64,000 nucleotides of DNA, taken from assembly GCA_964016885.1 (NCBI GenBank), contig OZ024743.1:144522001-144586000 (forward strand), written 5' to 3'. This stretch comes from Eledone cirrhosa. Taxonomy: Eukaryota. The notes under the pieces are model-generated. The model saw only the letters and a list, made by a program, of their open reading frames with translations. It was not told the DNA's origin and searched no databases. The number at the start of each line of letters is the position of its first letter. The stretch's first letter is position 1. This document shows, piece after piece, positions 30,538 through 46,304 of this stretch. Made by a program: the position numbers and the translations under genes.

Positions 30538-31865
30538 TGGGTATGGGGCGTTGGTTAACCCAATATTTCCAATTTACATCGTCAAATTGAGATTTGACCA
30601 ATGTACCATCTGTTTTTTTGTGAATTAACTTTCGGTGAATACTGTGTTGGTACAGTCTTATATTTGTTTGTTTTTTTCTGTGACCTTTATAATCCTAAAG
30701 GTTTGATACTGTGTTGATGTGTGTATATCTATGTATATATTTTTTTCTTTGACCTCGAGCCGGTGTATGTTGGTGTGGAGTGTGTGTGTACCCACTCACA
30801 TAAATATATCCCTACAGACTTGATTGATGGTCAGCGTCTTTTGCAGCGATAGAATTCTGACAACTTTTATGACCTCAACTGAAGTCAATAGCAGTCGCCG
30901 TGTCTCTCACTTGTGTGTCTTCATATGAGGGAATGGATTCTGTGAGAGAACATCGTTATTTTTCTCCCTAATATCAAGAATTTTAAGACAACTCATTTTC
31001 AGTTGATGAGATCAGTGATAATCGATCACGGCTTCACAATCGATCTATCTCTTATTGAAACATGTGTCGTGATTAAATGATTGGAATTTTACCTTGCCTT
31101 CGGATATAACTAGATATATATTTATTTAAAATGTATCGTCGACATTGCTGTATACATATATGTGTGTGAAGTTCGTATATCTAAAGATATACACTATGAT
31201 TAATAAATAAATATTCTGAAAGCTCAGCTATGATTAGAAGGCTCGCGGCAAGAGCCGTCTAGAAGAATATAGCAGAAGCAGAGGAGGATATTAGTCTGTG
31301 GATTTTGAACTTTATTCTTCACACCAGGACAATGTTTCCTCTTGCAAACTGCTGGACTTTAAGACAGGCGAAAATATATACTTTTTTCGTCTGGGTAGTT
31401 GGGCTGATTAGCCTCATTTACATACGAAGCTGTGTAAGTTGTCTCAAGGTAAAATAGAATTACAATTTACTCATGGCATAGCTGTATAGATGTATTTATG
31501 TGAATTTTATAAATAGTTAGATATACAGTATATTTAATAAATAAACATTTTAAAAGCCCAGCTATGAATGGAAGGCCGACTGCAAGCGCCGTCTAGTGGA
31601 ATCATGCAGTAGCAGCGGAGGACACATGTCTACACATTTCGAACTTAATGGTTCTAATCAGGACAATGGTTCCTCTTGCTTATTGCTATAATAAAGGACA
31701 TAAAAGACGTAATACTGTCAATGATGGACTGCTATTACGAATTTATTTTACGTTTTACCAAATATATTAGTGGATCATTGCATGATTAATTGACAAGAGA
31801 TAGGTGTGATATTATTTAGTGATTAAGAGAGATATATAAATAATCTAACTGGTTTGTTCTTTCAG

Positions 31866-31976
31866 TTGATCCATGCAGTAGCAATCCATGCAAGAACGGA
31901 GCTAAATGTACAAACAAAGGAAATAAATTCCAATGTGAATGTCTTCCAGGTTACAGAGGAAACGACTGTTCTATTG
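31866..31976 (+). CDS. Array EGF exon 4 (RGN)
   Basis: 111 bp, AG/GT intact, AGA GGA AAC. Confidence 0.9.
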
Positions 31977-32115
31977 GTCAGTATTGGTATTTATAGTGAT
32001 GCACTCATAAGTCTATAAAAATGTCACATATTCATATAGAAAGATTTCACGTCTTTATATTTATGTCTATATATATATATGTGTGTGTATATATACGTAT
32101 AGTTCTATACATGCG

Positions 32116-32201
<86 letters not shown>

Positions 32202-34011
32202 GTTTGTATATGTATAATAAAGCCAAAACAATGCAGGTATGGACATAGAATAAAGAATGCAAATGCAAAAGATAGTGTTGACAATTAGTCATTTACCTTA
32301 GATTTATTTAAATGTCCTTAATTTTCGAGATAATATCTCTTCTTCGGAGGGAAGTAAAACGGTTAAACCAGTGTTCTAAATAGCTTGCCAAGTCATGCTG
32401 TATATATATATGTATAAATATCTATATTTATATATACCTATATATAGTTGTTATATAGTAAGGTCCATTATTGGTTGTGTAAAATGGTCCAATAAATTTA
32501 TGTTAGCAATATTAAGTTCTCCACGCTTTTGTATATCTCCAATTCCGTTCAAGGGAACAGCTAGATGATGTAAAACGGAGTATAAGTATCAAAATGAAAA
32601 TCCGAAGGCAAGGTAAAATTCCAATCATTTAATCACGACAGATGTTTAAATAAGAGATAGATCGATTGTGAAGCCATGATCGATTATCACTGATCTCATC
32701 AGGTGAAAATGAGTTGTCTTCAAATTCTTGATATGAGGGAGAAAAATAACGATGTTCTCTCCCAGAATTCATTCGGAACTTAAGGATAGATGGTATAATC
32801 ACCGCCATACCTTTAATAGATTAGATTAAAAAAATAGCACGGCACTTTCTGAATTAGTCTGGAAGCTTAAATGTCAGAATATAGAGCACTCCTTATCCTG
32901 GTCCATAGTTTGTTCAGCCCAACCTTACAACGGCAGCACTGGCGTCTGCAATTTATGTATAGCTGAAACCTTTAATATTATCAGAGGCGGCCCCCTATTA
33001 ATTAATAGGAGAGCTGATTTTATTCAGCAACTGCCAACATAGAACCTCGAAAACTTTCCGCAGGATTTTTGGAAGGTAACCTACCACTAACTCCTCCCTT
33101 TCTACTTTAGCCATAGAGTTCTCTCAATAAACAGACAGTCACACACTCAGGTAGTTAGACGGCTAAGATTGATTGCGCACTTACAAACGAAACTCGGCCT
33201 GTTTCAACGGAGTTCTCACAGCTGAGTGTACTTATTTAGAATACCTAGCTAGTAAATAGTTAGATTGATTACACACTTAGAATACTTAGTTAGTAATTGA
33301 TTGCACCCAGAGGCATGACCGATTACGCGCATCTACCTTTACGTTAAGGTACCCTAACCATTGAGTTTTCTCAGTTGGTCTATAGCTAGTCGTATTACAC
33401 ACTTAGTTAGGACCAGTTACGCTCTCTATACATAACTCTACACGCAGTACCCGTTTCCTTTAGATATTGAGCTCCCACAATTGCGACTGTTACGTCCCTA
33501 CCGACTGAACACTACACTAGGTCTTGATCCGTGATCATCTAACCATGGAGGACTCACTGTTATAGATTGAACAATAATACTTACACCATTAATGGGCCTA
33601 CACACATCCTCTGGATTTTACTATCCTGTGTTTTTTTACTTCACCTTCTGTGTTGGATAACACACCTCCACCACTCAAACAACTATCTTAAAAGTTCATT
33701 GGCCCATTTGACGGGAAATCGCACTTACTGACGCATTTACCCAATACCCAACCCTACACGGAGCCCCTGCTGGCCTACATTGTGGTTTCTTGCACGTACG
33801 GATTTGGTGACTCGGATTCTCAATGGGACTGCGGTACATACTGAGTTCGATATGAGCTGATTGCTTGCTCTTCACATGGATGTGTATATACCCAGACATA
33901 CCCTTTTTTGGACGATACGGATGTGTATATACCATAACATACACTTGAGGATATGGATGTTACGATTCAATCTATACACGTATAGCAGAATACTGAACTG
34001 AACTTACTTGC

Positions 34012-34158
<147 letters not shown>

Positions 34159-34159
34159 C

Positions 34160-34207
<48 letters not shown>

Positions 34208-35538
34208 TGGGTATGGGGCGTTGGTTAACCCAATATTTCCAATTTACATCGTCAAATTGAGATTTGACCAATGTACCATCTGTTGTTTCGTGAATTAACT
34301 TTCGGTGAATACTGTGTTGGTACAGTCTTATATTTGTTTTTTTTTTTCTGTGACCTTTATAATTCTACAGGTTTGATACTGTGTTGATATGTGTATATAT
34401 ATGTATATATTTTTTTCTTTGACCTCGAGCCGGTGTATGTTGGTGTGGAGTATTGTGTGTACCCAGTCACATAAATATATACCTACAGATTAGATTAATG
34501 GTCAGCGTCTTTTGCAGCGATAGAATTCTGACAACTTTTATGACCTCAACTGAAGTCAATAGCAGTCGCCGTGTGTCTCACTTGTGTGTCTTCATATGAG
34601 GGAATGGATTCTGTGAGAGAACATCGTTATTTTTCTCCCTAATATCAAGAATTTTAAGACAACTCATTTTCAGTTGATGAGATCAGTGATAATCGATCAC
34701 GGCTTCACAATCGAGCTATCTCTTATTGAAACATGTGTCGTGATTAAATGATTGGAATTTTACCTTGCCTTCGGATATACCTATATATATATATTTATTT
34801 AAAATGTATCTTCGACATTGCTGTATACATATATGTTTATGAAGTTCGTATATCTAAAGATATACAGTATGATTAATAAATAAATATTCTGAAAGCTCAG
34901 CTATGATTAGAAGGCTCGCGGCAAGAGCCGTCTAGAAGAATATAGCAGAAGCAGAGGAGGATATTAGTCTGTGGATTTTGAACTTTATTCTTCACACCAG
35001 GACAATGTTTCCTCTTGCAAACTGCTGGACTTTAAGACAGGCGAAAATATATACTTTTTTCGTCTGGGTAGTTGGGCTGATTAGCCTCATTTACATACGA
35101 AGCTGTGTAAGTTGTCTCAAGGTAAAATAGAATTACAATTTACCTATGGCATAGCTGTATAGATGTATTTATGTGAATTTTATAAATAGTTAGATATACA
35201 GTATATTTAATAAATAAACATTTTAAAAGCCCAGCTATGAATGGAAGGCCGACTGCAAGCGCCGTCTAGTGGAATCATGCAGTAGCAGCGGAGGACACAT
35301 GTCTACACATTTCGAACTTAATGGTTCTAATCAGGACAATGGTTCCTCTTGCTTATTGCTATAATAAAGGACATAAAAGACGTAATACTGTCAATGATGG
35401 ACTGCTATTACGAATTTATTTTACGTTTTACCAAATATAATAGTGGATCATTGCATGATTAATTGACAAGAGATAGGTGTGATATTATTTAGTGATTAAG
35501 AGAGATATATAAATAATCTAACTGGTTTGTTCTTTCAG

Positions 35539-35649
35539 TTGATCCATGCAGTAGCAATCCATGCAAGAACGGAGCTAAATGTACAAACAAAGGAAATAAA
35601 TTCCAATGTGAATGTCTTCCAGGTTACAGAGGAAACGACTGTTCTATTG
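35539..35649 (+). CDS. Array EGF exon 5 (RGN)
   Basis: 111 bp, AG/GT intact, AGA GGA AAC. Confidence 0.9.
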
Positions 35650-35787
35650 GTCAGTATTGGTATTTATAGTGATGCACTCATAAGTCTATAAAAATGTCAC
35701 ATATTCATATAGAAAGATTTCACGTCTTTATATTTATGTCTATATATATATATGTGTGTGTATATATATGTATAGTTCTATACATGC

Positions 35788-35823
<36 letters not shown>

Positions 35824-37643
35824 GTTTGTATATGTATAATAAAGCCAAAACAATGCAGGTATGGACATAGAATGAAGAATAAAAAAGCAAAAGATAGTGT
35901 TGACAATTAGTCATTTACCTTAGATTTATTTAAATGTCCTTAATTTTCGAGATAATATCTCTTCTTCGGAGGGAAGTAAAACGGTTAAACCAGTGTTCTA
36001 AATAGCTTGCCAAGTCATGCTGTATATATATATGTATAAATATCTATATTTATATATACCTATATATAGTTGTTATATAGTAAGGTCCATTATTGGTTGT
36101 GTAAAATGGTCCAATAAATTTATGTTAGCAATATTAAGTTCTCCACGCTTTTGTATATCTCCAATTCCGTTCAAGGGAACAGCTAGATGATGTAAAACGG
36201 AGTATAAGTATCAAAATGAAAATCCGAAGGCAAGGTAAAATTCCAATCATTTAATCACGACAGATGTTTAAATAAGAGATAGATCGATTGTGAAGCCATG
36301 ATCGATTATCACTGATCTCATCAGGTGAAAATGAGTTGTCTTCAAATTCTTGATATGAGGGAGAAAAATAACGATGTTCTCTCCCAGAATTCATTCGGAA
36401 CTTAAGGATAGATGATATAATCACCGCCATACCTTTAATAGATTAGATTAAAAAAATAGCACGGCACTTTCTGAATTAGTCTGGAAGCTTAAATGTCAGA
36501 ATATAGAGCACTCCTTATCCTGGTCCATAGTTTGTTCAGCCCAACCTTACAACGGCAGCACTGGCGTCTGCAATTTATGTATAGCTGAAACCTTTAATAT
36601 TATCAGAGGCGGCCCCCTATTAATTAATAGGAGAGCTGATTTTATTCAGCAACTGCCAACATAGAACCTCGAAAACTTTCCGCAGGATTTTTGGAAGGTA
36701 ACCTACCACTAACTCCTCCCTTTCTACTTTAGCCATAGAGTTCTCTCAATAAACAGACAGTCACACACTCAGGTAGTTAGACGGCTAAGATTGATTGCGC
36801 ACTTACAAACGAAACTCGGCCTGTTTCAACGGAGTTCTCACAGCTGAGTGTACTTATTTAGAATACCTAGCTAGTAAATAGTTAGATTGATTACACACTT
36901 AGAATACTTAGTTAGTAATTGATTGCACCAGAGGCATGACCGATTACGCGCATCTACCTTTACGTTAAGGTACCCTAACCATTGAGTTTTCTCAGTTGGT
37001 CTATAGCTAGTCGTATTACACACTTAGTTAGGACCAGTTACGCTCTCTATACATAACTCTACACGCAGTACCCGTTTCCTTTAGATATTGAGCTCCCACA
37101 ATTGCGACTGTTACGTCCCTACCGACTGAACACTACACTAGGTCTTGATCCGTGATCATCTAACCATGGAGGACTCACTGTTACGGATTGAACAATAATA
37201 CTTACACACCATTAATGGGCCTACACACATCCTCTGGATTTTACTATCCTGTGTTTTTTTACTTCACCTTCTGTGTTGGATAACACACCTCCAACACTCA
37301 AACAACTATCTTAAAAGTTCATTGGCCCATTTGACGGGAAATCTCACTTACTGACGCATTTACCCAATACCCAACCCTACACGGAGCCCCTACTGGCCTA
37401 CATTGTGGTTTCTTGCACGTGCGGCACGTACAGATTTGGTGAGTCGGATTCTCAATTGGACTGCGGTACATACTGAGTTCGATATGAGCTGATTGCTTGC
37501 TCTTCACATGGATGTGTATATACCCAGACATACCATTTTTTGGACGATACGGATGTGTATATACCATAACATACACTTGAGGATATGGATGTTACAATTC
37601 AATCTATACACGTATAGCAGAACACTGAACTAAACTTACTTGC

Positions 37644-37741
<98 letters not shown>

Positions 37742-39123
37742 TGGGTATGGAGCGTTGGTTAACCCAATATTTCCAATTTACATCGTCAAATTGAGATTTG
37801 ACCAATGTAGCATCTGTTGTTTTGTGAACTAACTTTCGGATAATGTCGTGTTGGTCCAGGCTTATATTTGTTTTTTTTTTCTGACATCGCTTCGGTGTGT
37901 GTGAGAGTGTGTGTGTACCCACCCACACTAACTGTGACCTTTATAATTCTACAGGTTTGATACTGTGTTGATGTGTGTATATATATGTATATATTTTTTT
38001 CTTTGACCTCGAGCCGGTGTATGTTGGTGTGGGGTGTGTGTGTACCCACTCACATTAACTATATCCCTACAGATTTGATTAATGGTCAGCGTCTTTTGCA
38101 GCGATAGAATTCTGACAACTTTTATGACCTCAACTGAAGTTAATAGCAGTCGCCGTGTCTCTCACTTGTGTGTCTTCATATGAGGGAATGGATTCTGTGA
38201 GAGAATATAGTTATTTTTCTCCCTCATATCAAGAATTTTAAGACAACTCATTTTCACCTGATGAGATCAGTGATAATCGATCACGGCTTCACAATTGATC
38301 TATCTCTTATTGAAACATGTGTCGTGATTAAATGATTGGAATTTTACCTTGCCTTCGGATATACCTATATATATATATATTTATTTAAAATGTATCTTCG
38401 ACATTGCTGTATACTTATATGTGTGTGAAGTTCGTATATCTAAAGATATACAGTATGATTAATAAATAAATATTCTGAAAGCTCAGCTATGATTAGAAGG
38501 CTCGCGGCAAGTGCCGTCTAGCAGAATATAACATAAGCAGAGGAGGATATTAGTCTGTGGATTTTGAACTTAATTCTTCACACCAGGACAATGTTTCCTC
38601 CTGCAAACTGCTGGATTTAAGACAGGCGAAAATATATACTTTTTTCGTCTGTGTAGTTGGGCTGATTAGCCTCATTTTCATACGAAGCTGTGTAAGTTGC
38701 CTCAAGGTAAAATAGAATTAAAATTTACCTATGGCATAGCTGTATACATGTATTTATGTGAATTTTATAAATATTTAGATATACAGTATATTTAATAAAT
38801 AAACATTTTAAAAGCTCAGCTACGAATAGAAGGCCGACTGCAAGCGCCGTCTAGTGGAATCATGCAGTAGCAGCGGAGGACACATGTCTACACATTTCGA
38901 ACTTAATGGTTCTAATCAGGACAATGGTTCCTCTTACTTATTGCTATAATAAAGGACATAAAAGACGTAATACTGTCAATGATGGACTGCTATTACGAAT
39001 TTATTTTACGTTTTACCAAATATATTAGTGGATCATTGCATGATTAATTGACAAGAGATAGGTGTGATATTGTTTAGTGATTAAGAGAGATATATAAATA
39101 ATCTAACTGTTTTGTTCTTTCAG

Positions 39124-39234
39124 TTGATCCATGCAGTAGCCATCCATGCAAGAACGGAGCTAAATGTACAAACAAAGGAAATAAATTCCAATGTGAATGT
39201 CTTCCAGGTTACAGAGGAAACGACTGTTCTATTG
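39124..39234 (+). CDS. Array EGF exon 6 (RGN; CSSHPC variant)
   Basis: 111 bp, AG/GT intact; AAT>CAT gives N>H. Confidence 0.9.
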
Positions 39235-39372
39235 GTCAGTATTGGTATTTATAGTGATGCACTCATAAGTCTATAAAAATGTTGCATATTCATATAGAAA
39301 GATTTCACATGTCTTTATATTTATGTCTATATTTATGTGTGTGTGTATGTATGTTTATGTATAGTTCTATAC

Positions 39373-39432
<60 letters not shown>

Positions 39433-41041
39433 AAATGTCTATATCTATATATACCTATATATATAGTTGTTATATAGTAAGGTGCAATATTGGTTGTGTA
39501 AAATGGTCCAATAAATTTATGTTAGAAATATTAAGTTCTCCACGCTTTTGTATATCTCCAATTCCGTTCAAGGGAACAGCTAGATGATGTAAAACGGAGT
39601 ATAAGTATCAAAATAAAATCCGAAGGCAAGGTAAAATTCCAATCATTTAATCACGACACATGTTTTAATAAGAGATAGATCGATTGTGAAGCCAAGATCT
39701 ATTATCACTGAACTCATCAGGTGAAAATGAGTTGTCTTCAAATTCTTGATATGAGGGAGAAAAATAACGATGTTCTCTAACATAATTCATTCGGAATTTA
39801 AGGATAGATGGTATAATCACCGCTATACCTTTAATAGATGAGATTAAAAAAAATAGCACGGCACTTTCTGAATTAGTCTGGAAGCTTAAATATCAGAATA
39901 TAGAGCACTCCTTATCTTGGTCCATAGTTTGCTCAGCCCAACGTTATAACGGCAGCACTGGCGTCTGCAATTTATGTATAGCTGAAACCTTTAATATTAT
40001 CAGAGGCGGCCCCCTATTAATTAATAGGAGAGCTGATTTTTTTCCGCAACTGCCAACACAGAACCTCGAAAGCTTTCCGCAGGATTTTTGGAAGGTAACC
40101 TACCACTAACTCCTCCCTCTCTACTTTAGCCATAGAGTTCTCTCAATAAACAGACAGTCACACACTCAGGTAGTTAGACGGCTAAGATTGTTTGCGCACT
40201 TACAAACGATACTCGGCCTGTTTCCACGGAGTTCTCACAGCTGAGTGCACTTTTTTAGACTACCTAGCTAGTAAATAGTTAGATTGATTACACACTTAGA
40301 ATACCTAGTTAGTAATTGATTGCACCCAGAGGCATGACCGATTACGCGAACCTAACTTTACTCTAAGATACCCTAACCATTGAGTTCTCTCAGTTGGTCT
40401 ATAGCTTGTCGTATTACACACTTAGTTAGGACCAGTTACGCTCTCTATACATAACTCTACACGCAGTACCCGTTTCCTTTAGATATTGAGCTCCCACATT
40501 TGCGACTGTCACCTCCCTACCGACTGAACACTACACTAGGTCTTGATCCGTGATCATCTAACCATGGAGGACTCACTGTTACGGATTGAACAATAATACT
40601 TACACACCATTAATGGGCCTACACACATCTTCTGGATTTTACTATCCTGTGTTTTTTTACTTCACCTTCTGTGTTGGATAACACACCTCCAACACTCAAA
40701 CAACTATCTTAAAAGTTCATTGGCCCATTTGACCGGAAATCGCACTTACTGACGCATTTACCCAATACCCAACCCTACACGGAGCCCCTGCTGGCCTACA
40801 TTGTGGTTGCTTGCACGTACGGCACGTACAGATTTGGTGAGTCGGATTCTCAATGGGACTGCGGTAGATACTGAGTTCGATATGAGCTGATTGCTTGCTC
40901 TTCACATGGATGTGTATATACCCAGACATACCATTTTTTGGACGATACGGCTGTGTATATACCATAACATACTCTTGAGGATATCGATGTTACAATTCAA
41001 TCTATACACGTATAGCAGAACACTGAACTAAACTTACTTGC

Positions 41042-41173
<132 letters not shown>

Positions 41174-42550
41174 ATGGAGCGTTGGTTAACCCAATATTTC
41201 CAATTTACATCGTCAAATTGAGATTTGACCAATGTAGCATCTGTTGTTTTGTGAACTAACTTTCGGATAATGTTGTGTTGGTCCAGGCTTATATTTGTTT
41301 TTTTTTTCTGTCATCGCTTCGGTGTGTGTGAGAGTGTGTGTGTACCCACCCACACTAACTGTGACCTTTATAATTCTACAGGTTTGATACTGTGTTGATG
41401 TGTGTATATATATGTATATATTTTTTTCTTTGACCTCGAGCCGGTGTATGTTGGTGTGGAGTGTGTGTGTACCCACTCACATTAACTATATCCCTACAGA
41501 TTTGATTAATGGTCAGCGTCTTTTGCAGCGATAGAATTCTGACAACTTTTATGACCTCAACTGAAGTCAATAGCAGTCGCCGTGTCTCTCACTTGTGTGT
41601 CTTCATATGAGGGAATGGATTCTGTGAGAGAACATCGTTATTTTTCTCCCTCATATCAAGAATTTTAAGACAACTCATTTTCAGTTGATGAGATCAGTGA
41701 TAATCGATCACGGCTTCACAATTGATCTATCTCTTATTGAAACATGTGTCGTGATTAAATGATTGGAATTTTACCTTGCCTTCGGATATACCTATATATA
41801 TATATATTTATTTAAAATGTATCTTCGACATTGCTGTATACTTATATGTCTGTGAAGTTCGTATATCTAAAGATATACACTATGATTAATAAATAAATAT
41901 TCTGAAAGCTCATCTATGAATAGAAGGCTCGCGGCAAGTGCCGTCTAGCAGAATATAGCAGAAGCAGAGGAGGATATTAGTCTGTGGATTTTGAACTTAA
42001 TTCTTCACACCAGGACAATGTTTCCTCCTGCAAACTGCTGGATTTAAGACAGGCGAAAATATATACTTTTTTCCTCTGTGTAGTTGGGCTGATTAGCCTC
42101 ATTTACATACGAAGCTGTGTTAGTTGCCTCAAGGTAAAATAGAATTAAAATTTACCTATGGCATAGCTGTATACATGTATTTATGTGAATTTTATAAATA
42201 TTTAGATATACAGTATATTTAATAAATAAACATTTTAAAAGCTCAGCTATGAATGGAAGGCCGACGGCAAGCGCCGTCTAGTGGAATCGTGCAGTAGCAG
42301 CGGAGGACACATGTCTACACATTTCGAACTTAATGGTTCTAATCAGGACAATGGCCCCTCTTGCTTATTGCTATAATAAAGGACCTAAAAGACGTAATAC
42401 TGTCAATGATGGACTGCTATTACGAATTTATTTTACGTTTTACCAAATATATTAGTGGATCATTGCATGATTAATTGACAAGAGATAGGTGTGATATTAT
42501 TTAGTGATTAAGAGAGATATATAAATAATCTAACTGGTTTGTTCTTTCAG

Positions 42551-42661
42551 TTGATCCATGCAGTAGCAATCCATGCAAGAACGGAGCTAAATGTACAAAC
42601 AAAGGAAATAAATTCCAATGTGAATGTCTTCCAGGTTACAGAGGAGACGACTGTTCTATTG
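42551..42661 (+). CDS. Array EGF exon 7 (RGD)
   Basis: 111 bp, AG/GT intact, AGA GGA GAC. Confidence 0.9.
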
Positions 42662-42807
42662 GTCAGTATTGGTATTTATAGTGATGCACTCATAAGTCTA
42701 TAAAAATGTTGCATATTCATATAGAAAGATTTCACATGTTGTCTTTATATTTATGTCTATATATATGTGTGTGTGTATGTATGTTTATGTATAATTCTAT
42801 ACATGTG

Positions 42808-42879
<72 letters not shown>

Positions 42880-44515
42880 GTATGTATAAATGTCTATATC
42901 TATAATTACCTATATATATATTTGTTATATAGTAAGGTGCATTATTGGTTGTGTAAAATGGTCCAATAAATTTATGTTAGCAATATTAAGTTCTCCACGC
43001 TTTTGTATATCTCCAATTCCGTTCAAGGGAACAGCTAGATGATGTAAAACGGAGTATAAGTATCAAAATGAAAATCCGAAGGCAAGGTAAAATTCCAATC
43101 ATTTAATCACGACACATGTTTAAATAAGAGATAGATCGATTGTGAAGCCATGATCGATTATCACTGATCTCATCAGCTGAAAATGAGTTGTCTTAAAATT
43201 ATTGATATGAGGGAGAAAAATAACGATGTTCTCTAACAGAATTCATTCAGAATTTAAGGATAGATGGTATAATCACCGCCATACCTTTAATAGATTAGAT
43301 TAAAAAATAGCACGGCACTTTCTGAATTAGTCTGAAAGCTTAAATGTCAGAATATAGAGCACTCCTTATCCTGGTCCATAGTTTGCTCAGCCCAACCTTA
43401 CAACGGCAGCACTGGCGTCTGCAATTTATGTATAGCTGAAACCTTTAATATTATCAGAGGCGGCCCCTTATTAATTAATAGAAGAGCTGATTTTTTTCAG
43501 CAACTGCCAACATAGAACCTCGAAAACTTTCCACAGTAGTTTTGGAAGGTAACCTACCACTAACTCCTCCCTCTGTAATTTAGTCATAGAGTTCTCTCAA
43601 TAAACAGACAGTCACACACTCAGGTAGTTAGACGGCTAAGATTGTTTGCGCACTTACAAACGATACTCGGCCTGTTTCCACGGAGTCTCACAGCAGAGTG
43701 CACTTTTTTTAGAATCCCTAGCTAGTAAATAGTTAGATTGATTACACACATAGAATACCTAGTTAGTAATTGATTGCAACCAGAGGCATGACCGATTACG
43801 CGCACCTACCATAACTTTAACATACCCTAACCATTGAGTTCTCTCAGTTGGTCTATAGCTAGTCGTATTACACACTTAGTTAGGATCAGTTACGCTCTCT
43901 ATACATAACTCTACACGCAGTACCCGTTTCCTTAGACATTGAGCTCCCACAATTGCGACTGTCACGTCCCTACCGACTGAACACTACACTAGGTCTTGAT
44001 CCGTGATCATCTAACCATGGAGGGCTCACTGTCACGGATTGAACAATAGTACTTACACACCATTAATGGGCCTACACACATCCTCTGGATTTTACTATCC
44101 TGTGTTTTTTTACTTCACCTTCTGTGTTGGATAACACACCTCCACCACTCAAACAACTATCTTAAAAGTTCATTGGCCCATATGACGGGAAATCTCACTT
44201 ACTGACGCATTTACCCAATACCCAACCCTACACGGAGCCCCTACTGGCCTACATTGTGGTTGCTTGCACGTACGGCACGTACAGATTTGGTGAGTCGGAT
44301 TCTCAATGGGACTGCGGTACATACTGAGTTCGATATGAGCTGATTGCTTGCTCTTCACATGGATGTGTATATACCCAGACATACCCTTTTTTGGACGATA
44401 CGGATGTGTATATACCATAACATACACTTGAGGATATGGATGTTACAATTCAGTCTATACACGTATAGCAGAACACTGAACTGAACTTACTTGCTTGTGT
44501 GTGTGTGTGTGTGTA

Positions 44516-44603
<88 letters not shown>

Positions 44604-45944
44604 TGTGTGTGTGAGTGTGGTGGGTATGGGGCGTTGGTTAACCCAGTATTTCCAATTTACATCGTCAAATTGAGATTTGACCAATGTACCATCTGTTGTT
44701 TTGTGAATTAACTTTCGGTGAATACTGTGTTGGTACATTCTTAAATTTTTTTTTTTCTGTGACCTTTATAATTCTACAGGTTTGATACTGTGTTGATGTG
44801 TGTATATATATGTATATATTTTTTTCTTTGACCTCGAGCCGGTGTATGTTGGTGTGGAGTGTGTGTGTACCCAGTCACATAAATATATCCCTACAGATTA
44901 GATTAATGGTCAGCGTCTTTTGCAGCGATAGAATTCTGACTACTTTTATGACCTCAACTGAAGTCAATAGCAGTCGCCGTGTCTCTCACTTGTGTGTCTT
45001 CATATGAGGGAATGGATTCTGTGAGAGAACATCGTTATTTTTCTCCCTAATATCAAGAATTTTAAGACAACTCATTTTCAGTTGATGAGATCAGTGATAA
45101 TCGATCACGGCTTCACAATCGAGCTATCTCTTATTGAAACATGTGTCGTGATTAAATGATTGGAATTTTACCTTGCCTTCGGATATACCTAGATATATAT
45201 CTATTTAAAATGTATCGTCGACATTGCTGTATACATATATGTGTGTGAAGTTCGTATATCTAAAGATATACAGTATGATTAATAAATAAATATTCTGAAA
45301 GCTCAGCTATGATTAGAAGGCTCGCGGCAAGTGCCGTCTAGCAGAATATAGTAGAAGCAGAGGAGGATATTAGTCTGTGGATTTTGAACTTAATTCTTCA
45401 CACCAGGACAATGTTTCCTCTTGCAAACAGCTGGACTTTAAGACAGGCGAAAATATATACTTTTCTCGTCTGTGTAGTCGGGCTGATTAGCCTCATTTAC
45501 ATACGAAGCTGTGTAAGTTGCCTCAAGGTAAAATAGAATTAAAATTTACCTGTGGCATAGCTGTATACATGTATTTATGTGAATTTTATAAATATTTAGA
45601 TATACAGTATATTTAATAAATAAACATTTTAAAAGCCCAGCTATGAATGGAAGGCCGACGGCAAGCGCCGTCTAGTGGAATCATGCAGTAGCAGCGGAGG
45701 ACACATGTCTACACATTTCGAACTTAATGGTTCTAATCAGGACAATGGCCCCTCTTGCTTATTGCTATAATAAAAGACCTAAAAGACGTAATACTGTCAA
45801 TGATGGACTGCTATTACGAATTTATTTTACGTTTTACCAAATATATTAGTGGATCATTGCATGATTAATTGACAAGAGATAGGTGTGATAGTATTTAGTG
45901 ATTAAGAGAGATATATAAATAATCTAACTGTTTTGTTCTTTCAG

Positions 45945-46055
45945 TTGATCCATGCAGTAGTAATCCATGCAAGAACGGAGCTAAATGTACAAACAAAGGA
46001 AATAAATTCCAATGTGAATGTCTTCCAGGTTACAGAGGAAACGACTGTTCTATTG
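45945..46055 (+). CDS. Array EGF exon 8 (RGN)
   Basis: 111 bp, AG/GT intact; synonymous AGC>AGT. Confidence 0.9.
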
Positions 46056-46200
46056 GTCAGTATTGGTATTTATAGTGATGCACTCATAAGTCTATAAAAA
46101 TGTCGCATATTCATATAGAAAGATTTCACATGTTGTCTTTATATTTATTTCTATATTTATGTGTGTGTGTATGTATGTTTATGTATAGTTCTATACATGT

Positions 46201-46304
<104 letters not shown>
